From assembly GCF_964059055.1 (NCBI RefSeq), contig NZ_OZ060386.1:150001-182000 (forward strand): 32,000 bases of DNA, read 5' to 3'. Positions 11,656 to 22,040 of this stretch are shown here, one piece after another. The notes under the pieces are model-generated. The model saw only the letters and a program-made list of their open reading frames with translations. It made no database searches and was not told where the DNA came from. A program made the translations under genes and the position numbers. Origin of the DNA: Buchnera aphidicola (Neophyllaphis podocarpi) (GTDB taxonomy: Bacteria; Pseudomonadota; Gammaproteobacteria; Enterobacterales; Enterobacteriaceae). Numbering within the stretch: the stretch's first letter is position 1; every line of letters starts with the position of its first letter.

Positions 11656-12630
11656 TTGAATAATATTGGTACTCCGATTTTATGGACTAGTTTGTTTATA
11701 TTTTTTTTTATTATAGTTTTTTTTGATTTATTATTAAACTTTAAGACTTCCAAATCAAAAATATCCTTTAATTTTTCAATATTTTGGTCTATTTTTTTAT
11801 TTTTTTTATTCTCTATTTTTTCTTTCTTATTATGGTTTTTTCTTAATAATAAATTTGATATATTTATAGCTAATAATAAAATATTGAATTTAATTACGGG
11901 TTACTTAATTGAAAAATTTTTATCTATAGATAATTTATTTGTTTGGTTAGTTATCTTTAGGCATTTTAATATTCATTCTTTATGCTTGCAAAGCAAGCTA
12001 TTAACCTATGGTGTTTTAGGTGCTATATTTTTTAGATTAATAGTTATTTTATCTGGATTCATAATATTAGAAAGATATGACTGGTTTTTTTATATATTTG
12101 GTATTTTTATTTTTTATACCGGAATTAAAATATTTTTTGAAAATGAAAATAGTAACCAATTAATTAAAAAAAGTATTTTTTTAAATTTTTTAAAAAAAAG
12201 ATTAAGAATTACAAATAAATTAAAAAATGATCATTTTTTTATTACAAAAAAAGGATCGATATTCATAACTCCGTTTTTTGTTTCATTAATAATGATTGAA
12301 TTTAGTGATATTATTTTTGCTTTAGATAGTATTCCTGCTGTATTTTCAATTACTAGCGATTCTTTTATTATTATATCATCTAATTTATTTGCTATGCTAG
12401 GAATGAGATCTATATATCTTTTATTATCTTTTATACTTATAAAAAATAAATATTTGAAATATGGTGTTGGAATAATTTTAATATTTATAAGCATAAAAAT
12501 TTTGCTTAAAAATTATTTGTTTATATCTAATTTTCATTCTTTTATATTTGTGTTGTTAATTTTATTAACAACTTTATTTTTAAATATATTTTTATCTAGT
12601 CTTTATAAAATAATAAAATGTTTATTTTAA
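11656..12630 (+). CDS. alx: TerC-family integral membrane protein (Alx/YgjT-like)
   Basis: 324 aa, collinear with E. coli Alx (321 aa): MNNIGTPILW vs MNTVGTPLLW, TGYLIEKFLSIDNLFVW, HFFITKKG, IEFSDIIFALDSIPAVFSIT, SNLFAMLGMRSIY. The TTG start sits at exactly the homologous Met1 position, with AAGGA 10 nt upstream. Confidence 0.88.
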   Translation: MNNIGTPILWTSLFIFFFIIVFFDLLLNFKTSKSKISFNFSIFWSIFLFFLFSIFSFLLWFFLNNKFDIFIANNKILNLITGYLIEKFLSIDNLFVWLVIFRHFNIHSLCLQSKLLTYGVLGAIFFRLIVILSGFIILERYDWFFYIFGIFIFYTGIKIFFENENSNQLIKKSIFLNFLKKRLRITNKLKNDHFFITKKGSIFITPFFVSLIMIEFSDIIFALDSIPAVFSITSDSFIIISSNLFAMLGMRSIYLLLSFILIKNKYLKYGVGIILIFISIKILLKNYLFISNFHSFIFVLLILLTTLFLNIFLSSLYKIIKCLF

Positions 12631-12695
12631 ATTATTTTTTCAAAAAATACTTATTTAAAAATTATTTATTTAATTTTTTTGCTATTAAGGAACAA

Positions 12696-13568
12696 ATGAA
12701 TTGGATTAAAAATCAGAAAAGAAAAAAAATTAATAATCTATATAAATCTAACATACCTAAAAATTTATGGACTAAATGTAATAGTTGTTTAAATTTTTTA
12801 TACTATAAAGAACTCAAAGATAATTTATTTGTATGTCCTATATGTAATTATCATATGTATATTTCTGCTCGTTATAGATTACAAAAATTTTTAGATGTTA
12901 ATTCTTATAAGGAAATAAAAATAAATGATTGTTCTGAAGATTTTTTGAAATTTAAAGATTTGAAATCTTATAAAGATAGACTTTTATTTGCGAGAAATAA
13001 AACTAATGAAAATGATGCATTAGTTGTTATGTATGGTTTGCTTTATAAAATTCCTGTTGTTGCTACAGCTTTCGATTTTTATTTTATTGGTGGTTCTATG
13101 GGTTCTATAGTAGGATCTCATTTTATATTAGCTATAAAAAAAGCTATAAAAAATGAATGTGCTTTAATATCTTTTGTTGCTAGCGGTGGAGCTAGAATGC
13201 AAGAGTCTTTTATTTCTTTAATGCAAATGTCAAGAACTACTTTAGCTTTATCTAAAATTAAAGATAAGCATATTCCTTATATTTCTGTACTAACTAATCC
13301 TACTATGGGAGGAGTGTCTGCTAGCATAGGTGTTTTAGGAGATTTAAATATTGCAGAACCAAAATCTTTAATTGGTTTTACTGGACCAAGAGTTATTAAA
13401 CAAGTTTCAAATAAAATATTGCCTAAAGATTTTCAATCTAGTGAATTTTTAATTGAAAAAGGAACTATTGATATGATTATTAATAGAATTGATATGAGAT
13501 ATAAATTAGCTTGTATTTTATCTAAAATAATGAATATTTCTATTATTAATAATAAAAATCATGAATAA
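12696..13568 (+). CDS. accD: Acetyl-CoA carboxylase carboxyltransferase beta subunit
   Basis: Homology to E. coli AccD starts at the internal Met (MNWIKNQ.. vs MSWIERI..) at 12696, preceded by AAGGAA. The 26 upstream codons of the tracked ORF (from 12618) overlap alx and have no homolog. Features: Zn ribbon CNSC...CPICNYH, and motifs GGSMGS and ASGGARMQE. Confidence 0.93.
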   Translation: MNWIKNQKRKKINNLYKSNIPKNLWTKCNSCLNFLYYKELKDNLFVCPICNYHMYISARYRLQKFLDVNSYKEIKINDCSEDFLKFKDLKSYKDRLLFARNKTNENDALVVMYGLLYKIPVVATAFDFYFIGGSMGSIVGSHFILAIKKAIKNECALISFVASGGARMQESFISLMQMSRTTLALSKIKDKHIPYISVLTNPTMGGVSASIGVLGDLNIAEPKSLIGFTGPRVIKQVSNKILPKDFQSSEFLIEKGTIDMIINRIDMRYKLACILSKIMNISIINNKNHE

Positions 13569-14832
13569 ATTTTTAAATATCCCTAATGCTAATTCTTCTC
13601 TAAAAGATTGGTTGTTATATATAGAACAACTTAATATTAAAAATATTGATTTAAGCTTAGAAAGAGTTAAATATATAGCATCTAAACTTGATTTATTAAA
13701 TTTTACTTCAAAAATATTTTTAGTTGCAGGTACTAATGGTAAAGGTACTACATGTTCTATTTTAGAGAATATTTTTTTAAATTCTGGTTTTTCTGTAGGT
13801 TTATATACTTCTCCTCATTTATTAAAATATAACGAAAGAATTAAAATTAATGGTGAATTTTTAGATGATTTATTTCATATAAAATCTTTTCATTTAATAG
13901 AATCTCATCGTGATTCTATACCATTAACTTATTTTGAATTTATTACTTTGTCTGCTTTGCTTTTATTTAAAGAAAGATCATTAAATGTTATCATTATTGA
14001 AGTTGGTTTAGGTGGTAGATTAGATGCTACAAATATTTTAAATCCTGATATATCAATTATAACTAATGTTGACATTGATCATGTAAAATTTTTAGGAAAT
14101 AATAGATATAAAATTGGTTTAGAAAAGGCTGGAATTTTAAGACCTAAAAAATATGCTATATTTGGAGATGTAAATATTACTTATAGTATCATTGAAATTG
14201 CAAATAGTTTGAATAGTAAATTATTACAAAGTAGTTTAGACTATATATATTGGAAATCTGATTTAAATAACTGGATATTTTGGGATAACCAAGGTTTTAT
14301 AGATAACCTTAAAATTATTAACTATCCATTATCTATAATTTCTTCTGCTATTGCTGCTATTCGTGTTTCTAGACTTCCGGTAAGTAAATTTATAATACAA
14401 AAATCTATTAAAGAATTTTTTTTACCTTATAGATTTCAAACTATATCTTACAAACCTAGAATAATTTTAGATGTTGGTCATAATCCTCATGCCGCACTAT
14501 ATATATCTAGTCGTTTAGCTGAAATAAAATCAAAAAAAAGTAAAATATATTTGATTATAGGTATGCTAAAAGATAAAGATATAAAAAACACTTTATTTAA
14601 TTTAATGAAATATGTGGATTTTTTTTATTGTTCAACTTTACATGTATATAGAGGAGCCACAGCACAATATTTATCACGTTATTTGCCTAATTCTTCTATA
14701 TTCAATAGTATTACAGAAGCTTTACATTATGCTATTAAACAAGTTAATTTTAATAATGATATTATTTTAGTTTTTGGTTCTTTTATATCTGTTTCTGAAG
14801 CTGTATTAGCTCTTAAATATATTTCTTTTTAG
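13561..14832 (+). CDS. folC: Bifunctional folylpolyglutamate synthase / dihydrofolate synthase
   Basis: 423 aa versus 422 in E. coli. Features: P-loop VAGTNGKGTT, EVGLGGRLDATN, DVGHNPHAA. The accD-folC adjacency is conserved from E. coli. The start overlaps the accD stop by 8 nt. Confidence 0.94.
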   Translation: MNKFLNIPNANSSLKDWLLYIEQLNIKNIDLSLERVKYIASKLDLLNFTSKIFLVAGTNGKGTTCSILENIFLNSGFSVGLYTSPHLLKYNERIKINGEFLDDLFHIKSFHLIESHRDSIPLTYFEFITLSALLLFKERSLNVIIIEVGLGGRLDATNILNPDISIITNVDIDHVKFLGNNRYKIGLEKAGILRPKKYAIFGDVNITYSIIEIANSLNSKLLQSSLDYIYWKSDLNNWIFWDNQGFIDNLKIINYPLSIISSAIAAIRVSRLPVSKFIIQKSIKEFFLPYRFQTISYKPRIILDVGHNPHAALYISSRLAEIKSKKSKIYLIIGMLKDKDIKNTLFNLMKYVDFFYCSTLHVYRGATAQYLSRYLPNSSIFNSITEALHYAIKQVNFNNDIILVFGSFISVSEAVLALKYISF

Positions 14833-14907
14833 TTTAAATTGATATAAATTAATTAGATTCATAAAATTAATGAAATTATTAATAATTTTTTATTATTTTA
14901 TAGAAAA

Positions 14908-15864
14908 TCATATATGATTAATTTCAAACATTGCAGAAAGAGATTCTTCATTACTAATTCTTCTAATAGCTTCTGCTAACATTCCAGATAGAGTTAATAT
15001 TCTAATATTTTTTATTTTTTTTATTTCTTTTTTAAGGGGTATAGTATCACATACAACTACTTCATCAATAAAAATATTATTCAGATTTTTTATTGCTTGT
15101 CCAGAAAATATTGGATGTGTTGCATAAGCAAATACACGTCTAGCACCTCTTATTTTTAGTGCTTCTGCAGCTTTACATAAAGTACCTCCTGTATCTATTA
15201 TGTCGTCAACAATTATACAATCTCTGTTTTCTATATCTCCTATTATATGCATTACTTGAGAAACATTTACATTGGGTCTTCTTTTATCTATTATAGCCAT
15301 GTCGCTATCATAAAGTAGTTTAGCTATTGCTCTGGCTCTAACTACCCCTCCTATATCAGGTGATACAATAATTGGATTATGAAAATTCATTTGTAGCATA
15401 TCTTCTATTAATACTGCACTTCCAAAAACATTATCTACTGGAACATCAAAAAAACCTTGTATTTGTTCAGCGTGTAAGTCTACAGTTAATACTCTATCAA
15501 CTCCTACGTTAGATAGAAAATCAGCTACTACTTTTGCCGTAATAGGTACTCTTGCAGATCTAACTCTTCTATCTTGTCTTGCATACCCAAAATATGGAAT
15601 TACTGCTGTTATTCTACCTGCTGATGCTCGTCTAAGGGCATCTATCATAACTAATAATTCCATTAAATTATCATTTGTAGGGTGACAAGTAGATTGTATA
15701 ATGAATATATCTCCTCCTCTTACGTTTTCATTAATTTGTACACTTATTTCTCCATCACTAAATTTACCTACAGATGCTTTACTTAAATTTGTATAAAGAC
15801 GATTAGCAATACATTCAGCTAAATCTGGAACTGCATTACCTGCAAATAGTTTAATATCAGACAT
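14908..15864 (-). CDS. prs: Ribose-phosphate pyrophosphokinase (PRPP synthetase)
   Basis: 318 aa, very high identity to E. coli Prs over the full length ([65 protein letters not shown]). Confidence 0.97.
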   Translation of the reverse strand: MSDIKLFAGNAVPDLAECIANRLYTNLSKASVGKFSDGEISVQINENVRGGDIFIIQSTCHPTNDNLMELLVMIDALRRASAGRITAVIPYFGYARQDRRVRSARVPITAKVVADFLSNVGVDRVLTVDLHAEQIQGFFDVPVDNVFGSAVLIEDMLQMNFHNPIIVSPDIGGVVRARAIAKLLYDSDMAIIDKRRPNVNVSQVMHIIGDIENRDCIIVDDIIDTGGTLCKAAEALKIRGARRVFAYATHPIFSGQAIKNLNNIFIDEVVVCDTIPLKKEIKKIKNIRILTLSGMLAEAIRRISNEESLSAMFEINHI

Positions 15865-15889
15865 ATAATAAATTATAACCTTGATAGTT

Positions 15890-16765
15890 TTATTTTAATT
15901 TTTTATTTTTTATTGATTTTAAAAACTTATGTAATATTGAATAATTAGTACTATATGCTAAAAAACTTTTAACATTATTTGGAATTAATTTAATAGCTTT
16001 AATAGCTTTTTTTTTTGAATCAAATTTAGTAAATATACAAGACCCTGTTCCTGTTAATCTTGATGAACCAAAATTAGACATAAAATTTATTAATTTATCT
16101 ATTACTTTAAATTTTTTTCTAATTATTTTTTCAAAATCATTTGTGAAAGGATAATTCATCAATTTATTTATTGATAAATTATGTCTTTGATTTTTTATTT
16201 TAAATCTATTAAAAATTTTACTTGTAGAAATTTTTATTTGTGGATTAATTATAATATACCATGTTTTTTTGTTTTTTATTGGATAAATTTTATTTCCTCT
16301 TTCTTTAACTATTGAAGTTTTTCCTATGATAAATGCTGGTACATCTGATCCTATTTTTAATCCAATATAAGATAAATATTTTAAAGAAAAATTTATTTTC
16401 CATAGAAAATTTAATACTATTAATGTAGTAGCTGCATTTGAAGATCCTCCTCCCATACCTCCTCCTATCGGTATTTTTTTTTTAATTAAAATTGTAGCTC
16501 CATCTTTTTCCGATAATAAATTTTTTTGGATTGCGTATTTTTTTAATAGATTAGCTGATTTTAATACTAAATTTTTTTTATTTATTATATTTTTAATAGG
16601 TCTAGATAAACAAATCTTTCCTGTTTTATTTATTTTTATTTTAATAAAGTCTCCAAAATTTAAAAATTGAAATAATGTTTGTATATTATGATATTTATCA
16701 TTGCGTTTATTATTAATATATAGAAATAGATTTATTTTACTAGGAGATGGCCATAATATCTTCAT
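15890..16765 (-). CDS. ispE: 4-diphosphocytidyl-2-C-methyl-D-erythritol kinase
   Basis: 291 aa. [14 protein letters not shown]-terminus, GHMP-kinase motif [24 protein letters not shown]. The ispE-prs adjacency is as in E. coli. Confidence 0.93.
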   Translation of the reverse strand: MKILWPSPSKINLFLYINNKRNDKYHNIQTLFQFLNFGDFIKIKINKTGKICLSRPIKNIINKKNLVLKSANLLKKYAIQKNLLSEKDGATILIKKKIPIGGGMGGGSSNAATTLIVLNFLWKINFSLKYLSYIGLKIGSDVPAFIIGKTSIVKERGNKIYPIKNKKTWYIIINPQIKISTSKIFNRFKIKNQRHNLSINKLMNYPFTNDFEKIIRKKFKVIDKLINFMSNFGSSRLTGTGSCIFTKFDSKKKAIKAIKLIPNNVKSFLAYSTNYSILHKFLKSIKNKKLK

Positions 16766-16912
16766 TTTTATTTTAATTTAGTTAAGAATTTTTACTTATT
16801 TAATTTGTTTCTGTTAAAATATTGTTACATAATAATATTTTAATTTATAGTTATATAATTTATAATAATACAATAATATTAAAATATATTAAACATCATA
16901 ATAAATAATTTT

Positions 16913-17989
16913 ATGAATATTTCTATTATAAAAAAATTAGATACATTGTTAAAACGTTATAAAAAAATTCAATTTATGTTAACTAAATTAGATAATATTT
17001 CTAATAGAGACATATTTCGTTCATTATCTAAAGAATATGTACAATTATCTTCTGTATGTAATTGTTTTATTGATTGGAAAAATAATGAAAAAAATATTTT
17101 AGATGCAAAATTGTTACTTAAAGATAACGAAATGTATAAATTAGCTCATGAAGATTTATTAATATCTTTATCTCGTAAGTCTATTATAGAACAAAAGTTA
17201 CAATATTTTTTGCTTCCTAAAGATCCTTTAGATGAACTTAGTTGTTTTATAGAAATAAGAGCTGGAACTGGAGGTAATGAAGCTGCTATTTTTGCTGGTG
17301 ATTTATTTAGAATGTATACTCGTTACTCTGAGCTTAATTATTGGAAAGTTAAAATTATGAATAAAAGCGAGGGCGACAAAGGTGGTTTTAAAGAAATAAT
17401 TATTAAAGTAACAGGTAAAGGTGCTTCTGGTAATTTAAAATTTGAATCAGGTGGTCATAGAGTGCAACGTGTACCTCAAACTGAATCTCAAGGAAGAATT
17501 CATACTTCTACTTGTACTGTTGCTGTAATGCCTGAAATACCTAAAACTGAGAGAATAAATATTGTTAATAGTGATTTAAAAATTGATACTTTTAGATCTT
17601 CTGGAGCAGGAGGTCAACATGTAAATACTACAGATTCTGCAATTAGAATAACACATTTACCAACAGGTCATGTGGTTGAATGTCAAGATGAAAGATCACA
17701 ACATAAAAATAAATCTAAGGCTTTATCTATTTTAGCTTCACGTATTCATGCTGCAGAATTGAATAAAAAACGCATGGAAAATGCTTCAATGAGAAGAAAT
17801 TTATTAGGTACAGGTGATAGATCAGATAGAAATAGAACATATAATTTCCCTCAAAACAGAATAACAGACCATAGAATTAATTTAACTTTATATTGTTTAG
17901 AAGAAGTCCTGCAAGGTAAAATGGATGTTTTGATTAATCCTATTATTCAAGAACATCAAGCAGATTTGTTAGCTTCTCTTTCTGATTAA
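16913..17989 (+). CDS. prfA: Peptide chain release factor 1
   Basis: 358 aa. GGQ motif ([20 protein letters not shown]), the PxT-type region ([17 protein letters not shown]) and the conserved C-terminus. Confidence 0.97.
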   Translation: MNISIIKKLDTLLKRYKKIQFMLTKLDNISNRDIFRSLSKEYVQLSSVCNCFIDWKNNEKNILDAKLLLKDNEMYKLAHEDLLISLSRKSIIEQKLQYFLLPKDPLDELSCFIEIRAGTGGNEAAIFAGDLFRMYTRYSELNYWKVKIMNKSEGDKGGFKEIIIKVTGKGASGNLKFESGGHRVQRVPQTESQGRIHTSTCTVAVMPEIPKTERINIVNSDLKIDTFRSSGAGGQHVNTTDSAIRITHLPTGHVVECQDERSQHKNKSKALSILASRIHAAELNKKRMENASMRRNLLGTGDRSDRNRTYNFPQNRITDHRINLTLYCLEEVLQGKMDVLINPIIQEHQADLLASLSD

Positions 17990-17991
17990 TA

Positions 17992-18822
17992 ATGAAAATT
18001 AATAAATTTATAAAATATATTATTAATAAATTTAATATTCTAATATCTAGATTAGATATTGAATTAATTTTAACTTTAGTATTACGTAAATCTCGTACTT
18101 GGATTATTGCTTTTGATGATATAAAACTGAGCAATATACAAATAAAACTCTTAAATTATTTTATTTTTAGAAGATGTTTAGGAGAACCTATAGCTTATTT
18201 ATTAAATAAAAAAGAGTTTTGGTCTTTAAGTTTTATAGTATCTAAAGATGTTTTAATTCCACGTCCAGAAACTGAAATTATAGTAGAAAAAGCTATTAGT
18301 ATAATAAAAAAATCTTACAAAAATTATATGGTATTAGATTTAGGTACGGGATGTGGTGCTATAGCTTTGTCTATAGCTAAAGAAAGAAATAATTGTTTTG
18401 TATTAGGAATTGATATATCTGAAAAATCTATCATTATATCTAGAAAAAATGCAATCAAATTAAAAATTAAAAATGCTAATTTTATTGTTAGTAATTGGTT
18501 CAGTAAAATTAAAAATAATGTATTTAATTTAATTGTAAGCAATCCTCCATATATTGATATATATGAAAGAAAATTAATTTGCGGGGATTTGCTATTTGAG
18601 CCATTAGCAGCTTTAGTTTCATATAATAAAGGATTATTAGCTATAGAAAATATTATTAGTCAGTCTAGACAATATTTATTTAATAATGGTTGGTTAATTA
18701 TCGAACATGGTTGGAATCAAAAAATAGCTGTACAAAAATTATTTCAAAAATACGAATTTGAAAATGTTAAAACTTATAAAGATTATAGTAAATTAAATCG
18801 AGTAACTGTAGGTAAAAAATAA
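17992..18822 (+). CDS. prmC: Release-factor glutamine N5-methyltransferase
   Basis: 276 aa, starting 2 nt after prfA. SAM-binding LDLGTGCGAIAL and catalytic NPPY (VSNPPYI). Collinear with E. coli PrmC/HemK. Confidence 0.93.
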   Translation: MKINKFIKYIINKFNILISRLDIELILTLVLRKSRTWIIAFDDIKLSNIQIKLLNYFIFRRCLGEPIAYLLNKKEFWSLSFIVSKDVLIPRPETEIIVEKAISIIKKSYKNYMVLDLGTGCGAIALSIAKERNNCFVLGIDISEKSIIISRKNAIKLKIKNANFIVSNWFSKIKNNVFNLIVSNPPYIDIYERKLICGDLLFEPLAALVSYNKGLLAIENIISQSRQYLFNNGWLIIEHGWNQKIAVQKLFQKYEFENVKTYKDYSKLNRVTVGKK

Positions 18823-18917
18823 TGATAATATATCTGTTTAGAAATATTTAAATTCTATGTAAAAATTTTTTAATATCATTTATTTATAGTTTTTTGATAA
18901 GTTAAGGGATCTAAATT

Positions 18918-19730
18918 ATGAAATCTTTTTTAAATATAAATTTTTCTAAATCATCTTTATGTGAGTCTATTATTGCTACTTCTAAAGTAATTAGAGAAGA
19001 TTTCTCTTCTGAGAGTGTTTGTATAGATTTAATTAAACTTGTAGAAGATGCTAAAATATATGTATTTTCAGAAAAAAATGAATATAAAAAATTAGAAAAA
19101 CTTCTAGAATTATTTTATACTAAATGGAATTTTGGTGGAGCTAGTGGAGTTTATAATTTGTCTGATTTACTATGGATTGATTATGTATTAAAAACACATC
19201 AAGGAACAGCTGTTTCATTAGGAATAATTTTATTACATATTGCTGAAAAATTAAATTTGCATTTAGTTCCTATTATATTTCCTACTCAGTTAATTTTAAA
19301 ATCTAATTTATCATCTAATAAAAATTTTTTTTTAATTAATCCTTTGAATGGAGAGATTTTAAATAATCATATATTAGAAGTTTGGTTAAAAGGAAATATT
19401 AGTCCTACTGCTAAATTATATAAAAATGATTTAAATGATGCTAAACCATTATCAGTGATCAGAAAAATGTTAGATAATTTAAAATCTGCATTAATGGAAG
19501 AACAGAAAATGGAATTAGCATTAAATGTTAGTAATGTAATTTTACAGATTGCTCCAAATGATCCTTATGAAATTCGTGATAGAGGTTTAATTTATGCTCA
19601 ATTGGATTGTGAGCATGTTGCTTTAACTGATTTGATTTATTTTGTTGAAAATTGTCCTGATGATCCTATTAGTGAAATAATAAAATTACAAATTCATGCT
19701 ATTGAACAAAAAAAAATATTATTACATTAA
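18918..19730 (+). CDS. sirB1: SirB1/YchA-family protein (transglutaminase-like/TPR)
   Basis: 270 aa versus 269 for E. coli YchA, collinear throughout (IIFPTQLIL, VWLKGNISPTA, NDPYEIRDRGLIYAQLDCEHVALTDL.YFVE.CPDDPISE). Same neighbourhood (prfA-prmC-...-ychA) as E. coli. Confidence 0.9.
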   Translation: MKSFLNINFSKSSLCESIIATSKVIREDFSSESVCIDLIKLVEDAKIYVFSEKNEYKKLEKLLELFYTKWNFGGASGVYNLSDLLWIDYVLKTHQGTAVSLGIILLHIAEKLNLHLVPIIFPTQLILKSNLSSNKNFFLINPLNGEILNNHILEVWLKGNISPTAKLYKNDLNDAKPLSVIRKMLDNLKSALMEEQKMELALNVSNVILQIAPNDPYEIRDRGLIYAQLDCEHVALTDLIYFVENCPDDPISEIIKLQIHAIEQKKILLH

Positions 19731-19776
19731 ATAATTATTTAATACTAAATTTATAGTATTATATATTTGTTATATA

Positions 19777-19817
19777 GACAGTCATATTATTGTATATGAG
19801 TCACTGTCCTTTATTTT
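19777..19817 (+). terminator. Candidate weak rho-independent terminator after sirB1
   Basis: Imperfect hairpin: gacagt/actgtc (19777-82 with 19803-08) plus catat/atatg (19783-87 with 19794-98), with a 4-nt asymmetric bulge, followed by cctttatttt. Weak support only. Confidence 0.3.
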
Positions 19818-19825
19818 AATATTTA

Positions 19826-20623
19826 TTAATTTTCAATACATTTTATTGGTAGTTTTCTTTTGTGTTTTGTTTTAATGAATAGATATTCTATTTTATTTGC
19901 TATTTTTTTATCTATTATTTTACCTTCTAAAAAATCATCTATATTTTTATATTTTATTCCTAAAGCTGTTTCATCAGGTAATCCTGGTTTGTCATCTTCT
20001 AAATCAGCAGTAGGGATTTTAGAATATAATTTTTTAGGACAATTCATGTATTTTAGTAGATTTTTTACTTGTCTTGTATTTAAATGAGATATCGGGCTTA
20101 TATCACAACCCCCATCACCATATTTTGTAAAAAATCCTGTGGCTAGTTCTGATGCATTACTAGTACCTACAACTATACCGTTATATTTTCCTGCAATAGT
20201 ATATTGAACTTTCATTCTTTCTCTTGATTTTTCATTACCTAATAGATAATTAGAAATCTTAATTCCTGCATTTTCTAAGGATTTTTTGCTATTAATTACA
20301 GAGTTCTTGATATTTATATTAATTATTATATCTGGATTAATAAAATTTAATGCCATCTTACAGTATTCTTCATCTAATTGTTTTCCATAAGGCAATCTCA
20401 ATGCTATTAATTTAAAATTTTTATTTTTAGTTCTTTTTATTGCTTTTTTACATAACTTTCCTACTAAAGTAGAATCTTTTCCTCCGCTTATTCCTACAAT
20501 TAAAGCATTAATATTTTTGTTATTTAACAAAAAATTTTGAATAAACTTAATACAATTTTCAATTTCTTCAAAAGGGTATATAATTGATTTTGTTTTTAGT
20601 TCTTTAATTATTTTTTTTTGCAT
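19826..20623 (-). CDS. nadE: NH3-dependent NAD+ synthetase
   Basis: 265 aa. PP-loop GISGGKDST, NEKSRERMK, FFTKYGDGGCDI, PTADLEDDKPGLPDE. Collinear with E. coli NadE. Confidence 0.95.
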   Translation of the reverse strand: MQKKIIKELKTKSIIYPFEEIENCIKFIQNFLLNNKNINALIVGISGGKDSTLVGKLCKKAIKRTKNKNFKLIALRLPYGKQLDEEYCKMALNFINPDIIININIKNSVINSKKSLENAGIKISNYLLGNEKSRERMKVQYTIAGKYNGIVVGTSNASELATGFFTKYGDGGCDISPISHLNTRQVKNLLKYMNCPKKLYSKIPTADLEDDKPGLPDETALGIKYKNIDDFLEGKIIDKKIANKIEYLFIKTKHKRKLPIKCIEN

Positions 20624-20692
20624 TTTTATATTTATTTTTATTAAACATATTTCATTATAACATAAGTTTTTAAAAATTTTATAAGGCTTCTT

Positions 20693-21898
20693 ATGTCAAA
20701 TAAATTTATTTTAGTTATCAATTGCGGAAGTTCGTCTATTAAATTTGCTTTATTTAACATTACTAATAAAAAAAAAATTTTGTCAGGTTTAGCAGAACGT
20801 CTTTTATTAGAAAAATCTAATGTTATTTGGAAAATTAATAAAACCAAACATCAAAATTTAATTGTTTCTAAGGCATCTCATAAAAATGCTTTGGATTTTA
20901 TTATTAATAATATTTTAAAGAAAAATATTTATCTCTTTAAAAATATTATTGGTATAGGTCATAGAATTGTTCATGGAGGCAATAAAATAACAAAATCTTC
21001 AATTATTAATAATAAAATAATTAAATTAATTAAAGATGCTATAATTTTTTCTCCTTTGCATAATCCAATTAATCTAATAGGAATTTATGAATCTCTTAAA
21101 AATTTTCCTCATTTATTTAATAAAAATGTCGGGGTTTTTGATACAGTTTTTCATAGAACTATACCTAAAACAGCACATATATACGCGATTCCTTATATGT
21201 TTTACAATAAATATAATATTAAACGTTATGGTGCTCATGGAATTAGTCACAATTATGTGATGAAAAAAACTAGTAAAATATTAAATAAAAACTTAAATTC
21301 TTTAAATATTATTATTTGTCATTTAGGTAATGGTTCCTCTATTTCTGCAGTTAAAAATGGAATATGTGTAGATACTTCTATGGGCTTAACTCCTCTGGAA
21401 GGATTAGTGATGGGTACTAGAAGTGGTGATATTGACCCTTATATAATATTTTATATGAATAAAATACTTGGTTTTAATATGAAAAAAATAAGTAATATAT
21501 TAATTAATAAATCAGGTTTATTAGGATTAAATGGTGTTAGTAGTGATTGTAGATATATAGCAAAAAATTATTATTGTAATAAATTAGTTAAATTATCATT
21601 AGATATTTTTTGTTATAGATTATCTAAATATATATCAAGTTATTTTGCAATTATGGTTGATAGACTAGATGCAATAATTTTTACAGGAGGTATTGGTGAA
21701 AATTCATATTTAGTACGCGAGAAAAGTTTAAGCAAACTTGCTTTAATGGGAGTTTTTTTAGATAATGAAAAAAATATTAAAATTTGCAAAGGCAAATATG
21801 GATTAATTAGCAAGTTAAATTCTATTCCTGTTTTAGTTGTTAAAACTAATGAAGAATTAGCTATTGCTGAAGATACAATTAAATTAATACTTAATTAG
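20693..21898 (+). CDS. ackA: Acetate kinase
   Basis: 401 aa versus 400 in E. coli. Conserved blocks LVINCGSSSIKFA, GHRIVHGG, RRYGAHGISH, CHLGNGSSISA, MGLTPLEGLVMGTRSGDIDP, FTGGIGENS. Confidence 0.96.
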   Translation: MSNKFILVINCGSSSIKFALFNITNKKKILSGLAERLLLEKSNVIWKINKTKHQNLIVSKASHKNALDFIINNILKKNIYLFKNIIGIGHRIVHGGNKITKSSIINNKIIKLIKDAIIFSPLHNPINLIGIYESLKNFPHLFNKNVGVFDTVFHRTIPKTAHIYAIPYMFYNKYNIKRYGAHGISHNYVMKKTSKILNKNLNSLNIIICHLGNGSSISAVKNGICVDTSMGLTPLEGLVMGTRSGDIDPYIIFYMNKILGFNMKKISNILINKSGLLGLNGVSSDCRYIAKNYYCNKLVKLSLDIFCYRLSKYISSYFAIMVDRLDAIIFTGGIGENSYLVREKSLSKLALMGVFLDNEKNIKICKGKYGLISKLNSIPVLVVKTNEELAIAEDTIKLILN

Positions 21899-22040
21899 CT
21901 TTTTTATTTTATATGAGTTTAAACTTTTATTTAAATTTATATCTAATATTAATAGATAGTTTTTATAATTTTTGTTTTTTATACTTTTACCTTTATTTTA
22001 CAAATAAAATATATTTTAAATATAATCATATAAATAATAT

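Noticed and set aside
12618-12695. N-terminal extension of accD (ORF from 12618) and TTG extension of nuoG (from 624)
   Set aside because: Homology to E. coli AccD and NuoG starts at the internal ATGs (12696, 648). The accD extension overlaps alx and is low complexity, and a good SD precedes 12696.
16805-16833. Sigma-70-like promoter ttgttt-N17-cataat upstream of prfA, and similar -35/-10 look-alikes in other spacers
   Set aside because: In DNA this A+T-rich, TATAAT-like and TTGxxx-like hexamers occur constantly, so sequence alone cannot support the call.
16766-16912. Search for remnants of lolB and hemA (between ispE and prfA) and of sirB2/kdsA (18823-18917, 19731-19825), and for tRNA or sRNA genes in all spacers
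   Set aside because: The spacers are 95-147 bp of A+T-rich sequence, with no G+C-enriched island, cloverleaf-compatible stems or residual reading frames. The deletions appear complete, and no RNA gene is supportable.
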